NCBI GenBank assembly: GCA_964396245.1
Contig: CAYNEO010000014.1
Coordinates: 4,315-68,314, forward strand
DNA from: an uncultured Ignavibacteriales bacterium
GTDB lineage: Bacteria > Zixibacteria > MSB-5A5 > GN15 > FEB-12
DNA length: 64,000 bases
Direction of reading: 5' to 3'
Part shown: positions 62,402 through 64,000 of the stretch, in pieces
Layout: each line of letters begins with the position of its first letter
Position numbering within the stretch: position 1 is the first letter of the stretch
Translations under genes and position numbers: made by a program
Notes under the pieces: generated by a model
What the model saw: the letters and a program-made list of their open reading frames with translations, nothing else
The model's database searches: none
Told to the model about the DNA's origin: nothing

Positions 62402-63154
62402 GTGGAGTGGGGATTTATCAAATTCGGCGTGAAAGACGTCTTCGACGTCCTCATCGTCTCGTTCATCATCTATCAACTGCTCAAACTCACCAAGGGCACC
62501 CGCTCGGCGCAGATTATCATCGGCCTGTCCCTGCTCGCCGTCATCGCCTTTATCGCCTACTGGTTCCAGCTCGAGGGCCTCACCTGGCTCTTTTCCAATC
62601 TCGCCACCGTCGGCTTCCTCGTGCTCGTCATCGTCTTCCAGCCGGAACTCCGGAGCGCCCTCGCGCACATCGGCCAGAACCGATTATTCCGCCGCTTCGT
62701 CACCCTTGAAAACAGACGCGTCATCGACGAAGTCAGCCGCGCCGCCCTCCGCCTCTCCGAACTCAACTACGGCGGCCTCATCGTCATCGAACGGCGCACC
62801 GGTCTGCGCAACCACGTCGAAACCGGCAAGGAACTCGACGCCAAACTCTCCTGGGAAACCATCGTCACCCTCTTCACGCCCTATACGCCCCTGCACGACG
62901 GCGCCGTTATCGTCTCCAACGATTTCATCACCGCCGCCGCCTGCTCCCTGCCCCTGACCTCCAACCCCCGCTACCGCAAACTCTTCGGCATGCGCCACAA
63001 AGCCGCCATCGGCGTCTCCGAGGTCTCCGATGCCGTCGTCGTGGTCGTCTCCGAGGAAACCGCCAATATCTCCATCGCCTACAACGGCATCCTCGAATCC
63101 GATATCAGCAAAATCGAATTCAAGGACCGCCTCGCCAAATACCTCAAGATGTAA
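62402..63154 (+). CDS. cdaA: diadenylate cyclase CdaA
   Basis: 250 aa, GTG start. Three N-terminal TM helices. DisA_N motifs GGLIVIER, TPLHDGAVIV, GMRHKAAIGVSE. Confidence 0.92.
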   Translation: MEWGFIKFGVKDVFDVLIVSFIIYQLLKLTKGTRSAQIIIGLSLLAVIAFIAYWFQLEGLTWLFSNLATVGFLVLVIVFQPELRSALAHIGQNRLFRRFVTLENRRVIDEVSRAALRLSELNYGGLIVIERRTGLRNHVETGKELDAKLSWETIVTLFTPYTPLHDGAVIVSNDFITAAACSLPLTSNPRYRKLFGMRHKAAIGVSEVSDAVVVVVSEETANISIAYNGILESDISKIEFKDRLAKYLKM

Positions 63155-63253
63155 CCCCCGCCACATCCATTTGACAACCGAGCGTATTTTCCCTACCTTT
63201 CGCGGCTCGCCTGAGGACACTCACTAATAGAATCTGTTTCCCCCTCCGGCGGT

Positions 63254-64000
63254 ATGATAGATATGACCGACGAACTCAAATACATACGCAACTTCTCGAT
63301 CATCGCCCACATCGACCACGGCAAATCCACCCTGGCCGACCGCATGCTCCAGCTCACCGGCACCCTCACCGACCGCCAGATGCGCAGCCAGGTGCTCGAT
63401 ACCATGGACCTCGAACAGGAACGCGGCATCACCATCAAGGCCCACGCTATCCGCATGGAATATGCCGCCCAGGACGGTCACAAATACCAGTTCAACCTCA
63501 TCGATACCCCCGGCCATGTCGATTTCACCTACGAGGTCAGCCGCGCCCTGGCCGCCTGCGAGGGCGCCATCCTCGTCGTCGATGCCACCCAGGGCATTGA
63601 AGCCCAGACCATCTCGAACCTCTATCTCGCCATCGACAACAACCTGGAAATCATCCCCGTCGTCAACAAAATCGACCTCCCCGCCGCCCACCCCGACGAG
63701 GTAACGCAGGATCTGGTCGACCTGCTCGGATGCAAACCCGAGGATGTCCTCAAAGTCTCCGCCAAAGAGGGGATAGGCATCGCGGCCGTCCTCGAGCAGA
63801 TCATCACCGTCATCCCGCCCCCGGTCGGCGACCCCGAGGCCCCTCTCCAGGCCATGGTCTTCGACTCCCTCTACGACAGCTACCGGGGCGCCATGCCGCT
63901 CGTGCGAATCAAGAACGGCCGCCTCCACACCCACGACCGCATCCGCTTCTTCTCGCACAGCAAGACCTTCGATGTCGACGAGGTCGGCTTTCTCAGATTG
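63254..64000 (+). CDS. lepA: translation elongation factor 4 (LepA), N-terminal part; continues past window
   Basis: Absent from the ORF track because it runs off the right edge. ATG 63254 or 63263. [27 protein letters not shown]...[10 protein letters not shown]...NKIDLP gives GTPase G1-G4 in the LepA context. The antisense ORF 63224..63958 is rejected. Confidence 0.95.
   Translation, partial: MIDMTDELKYIRNFSIIAHIDHGKSTLADRMLQLTGTLTDRQMRSQVLDTMDLEQERGITIKAHAIRMEYAAQDGHKYQFNLIDTPGHVDFTYEVSRALAACEGAILVVDATQGIEAQTISNLYLAIDNNLEIIPVVNKIDLPAAHPDEVTQDLVDLLGCKPEDVLKVSAKEGIGIAAVLEQIITVIPPPVGDPEAPLQAMVFDSLYDSYRGAMPLVRIKNGRLHTHDRIRFFSHSKTFDVDEVGFLRL

Overview
High-GC bacterial chromosomal segment with dense coding on both strands. 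I count about 50 protein genes (two run off the window edges) and one tRNA-Arg(ACG). I found no rRNA, CRISPR array, transposase, integrase or phage genes. All family calls come from motifs read in the translations; no database search was run.

Two secreted proteins end in a T9SS-type C-terminal sorting domain (...NPFNPTT...GVYFYR...K). This suggests an FCB-superphylum-like, probably uncultivated lineage (inference).

Ordinary content:
- Housekeeping: purL, lpxH, tilS-hpt-ftsH-folP-cdaA, lepA, rlmD, htpX.
- Envelope and ion homeostasis: MscS, a K+ channel, a DAACS symporter, CorC, YqaA, VanZ.
- Regulators: two sigma-54-type activators, a nine-PAS histidine kinase, a PP2C phosphatase.

Most noteworthy observations:
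1. A peroxiredoxin whose peroxidatic-Cys codon is an in-frame TGA followed by a hairpin. This is a probable selenoprotein that the ORF track splits into two ORFs.
2. A 1396-aa fusion of Ser/Thr kinase, TPR, GAF, AAA+ and HTH in which the GAFTGA loop is degenerate. It is followed on the same strand by a small secreted-peptide ORF and an HTH-WYL regulator.
3. An aconitase/LeuC-fold protein that has lost two of its three Fe-S cysteine ligands and its catalytic residues, and has gained an N-terminal tandem HTH-like region. It lies in a HIT / X / DinB operon preceded by a 14-bp perfect palindrome.
4. A pair of T9SS cargo proteins (one 1561 aa) that share an unassigned module of about 75-85 aa.
5. 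A DAACS transporter with a charged, disordered tail of about 350 aa.
6. A well-placed sigma-54 -24/-12 promoter with an upstream 9-bp inverted repeat, divergent from the first activator gene.

Many long ORFs in the track are antisense shadows of real genes in this GC-rich DNA and were rejected.
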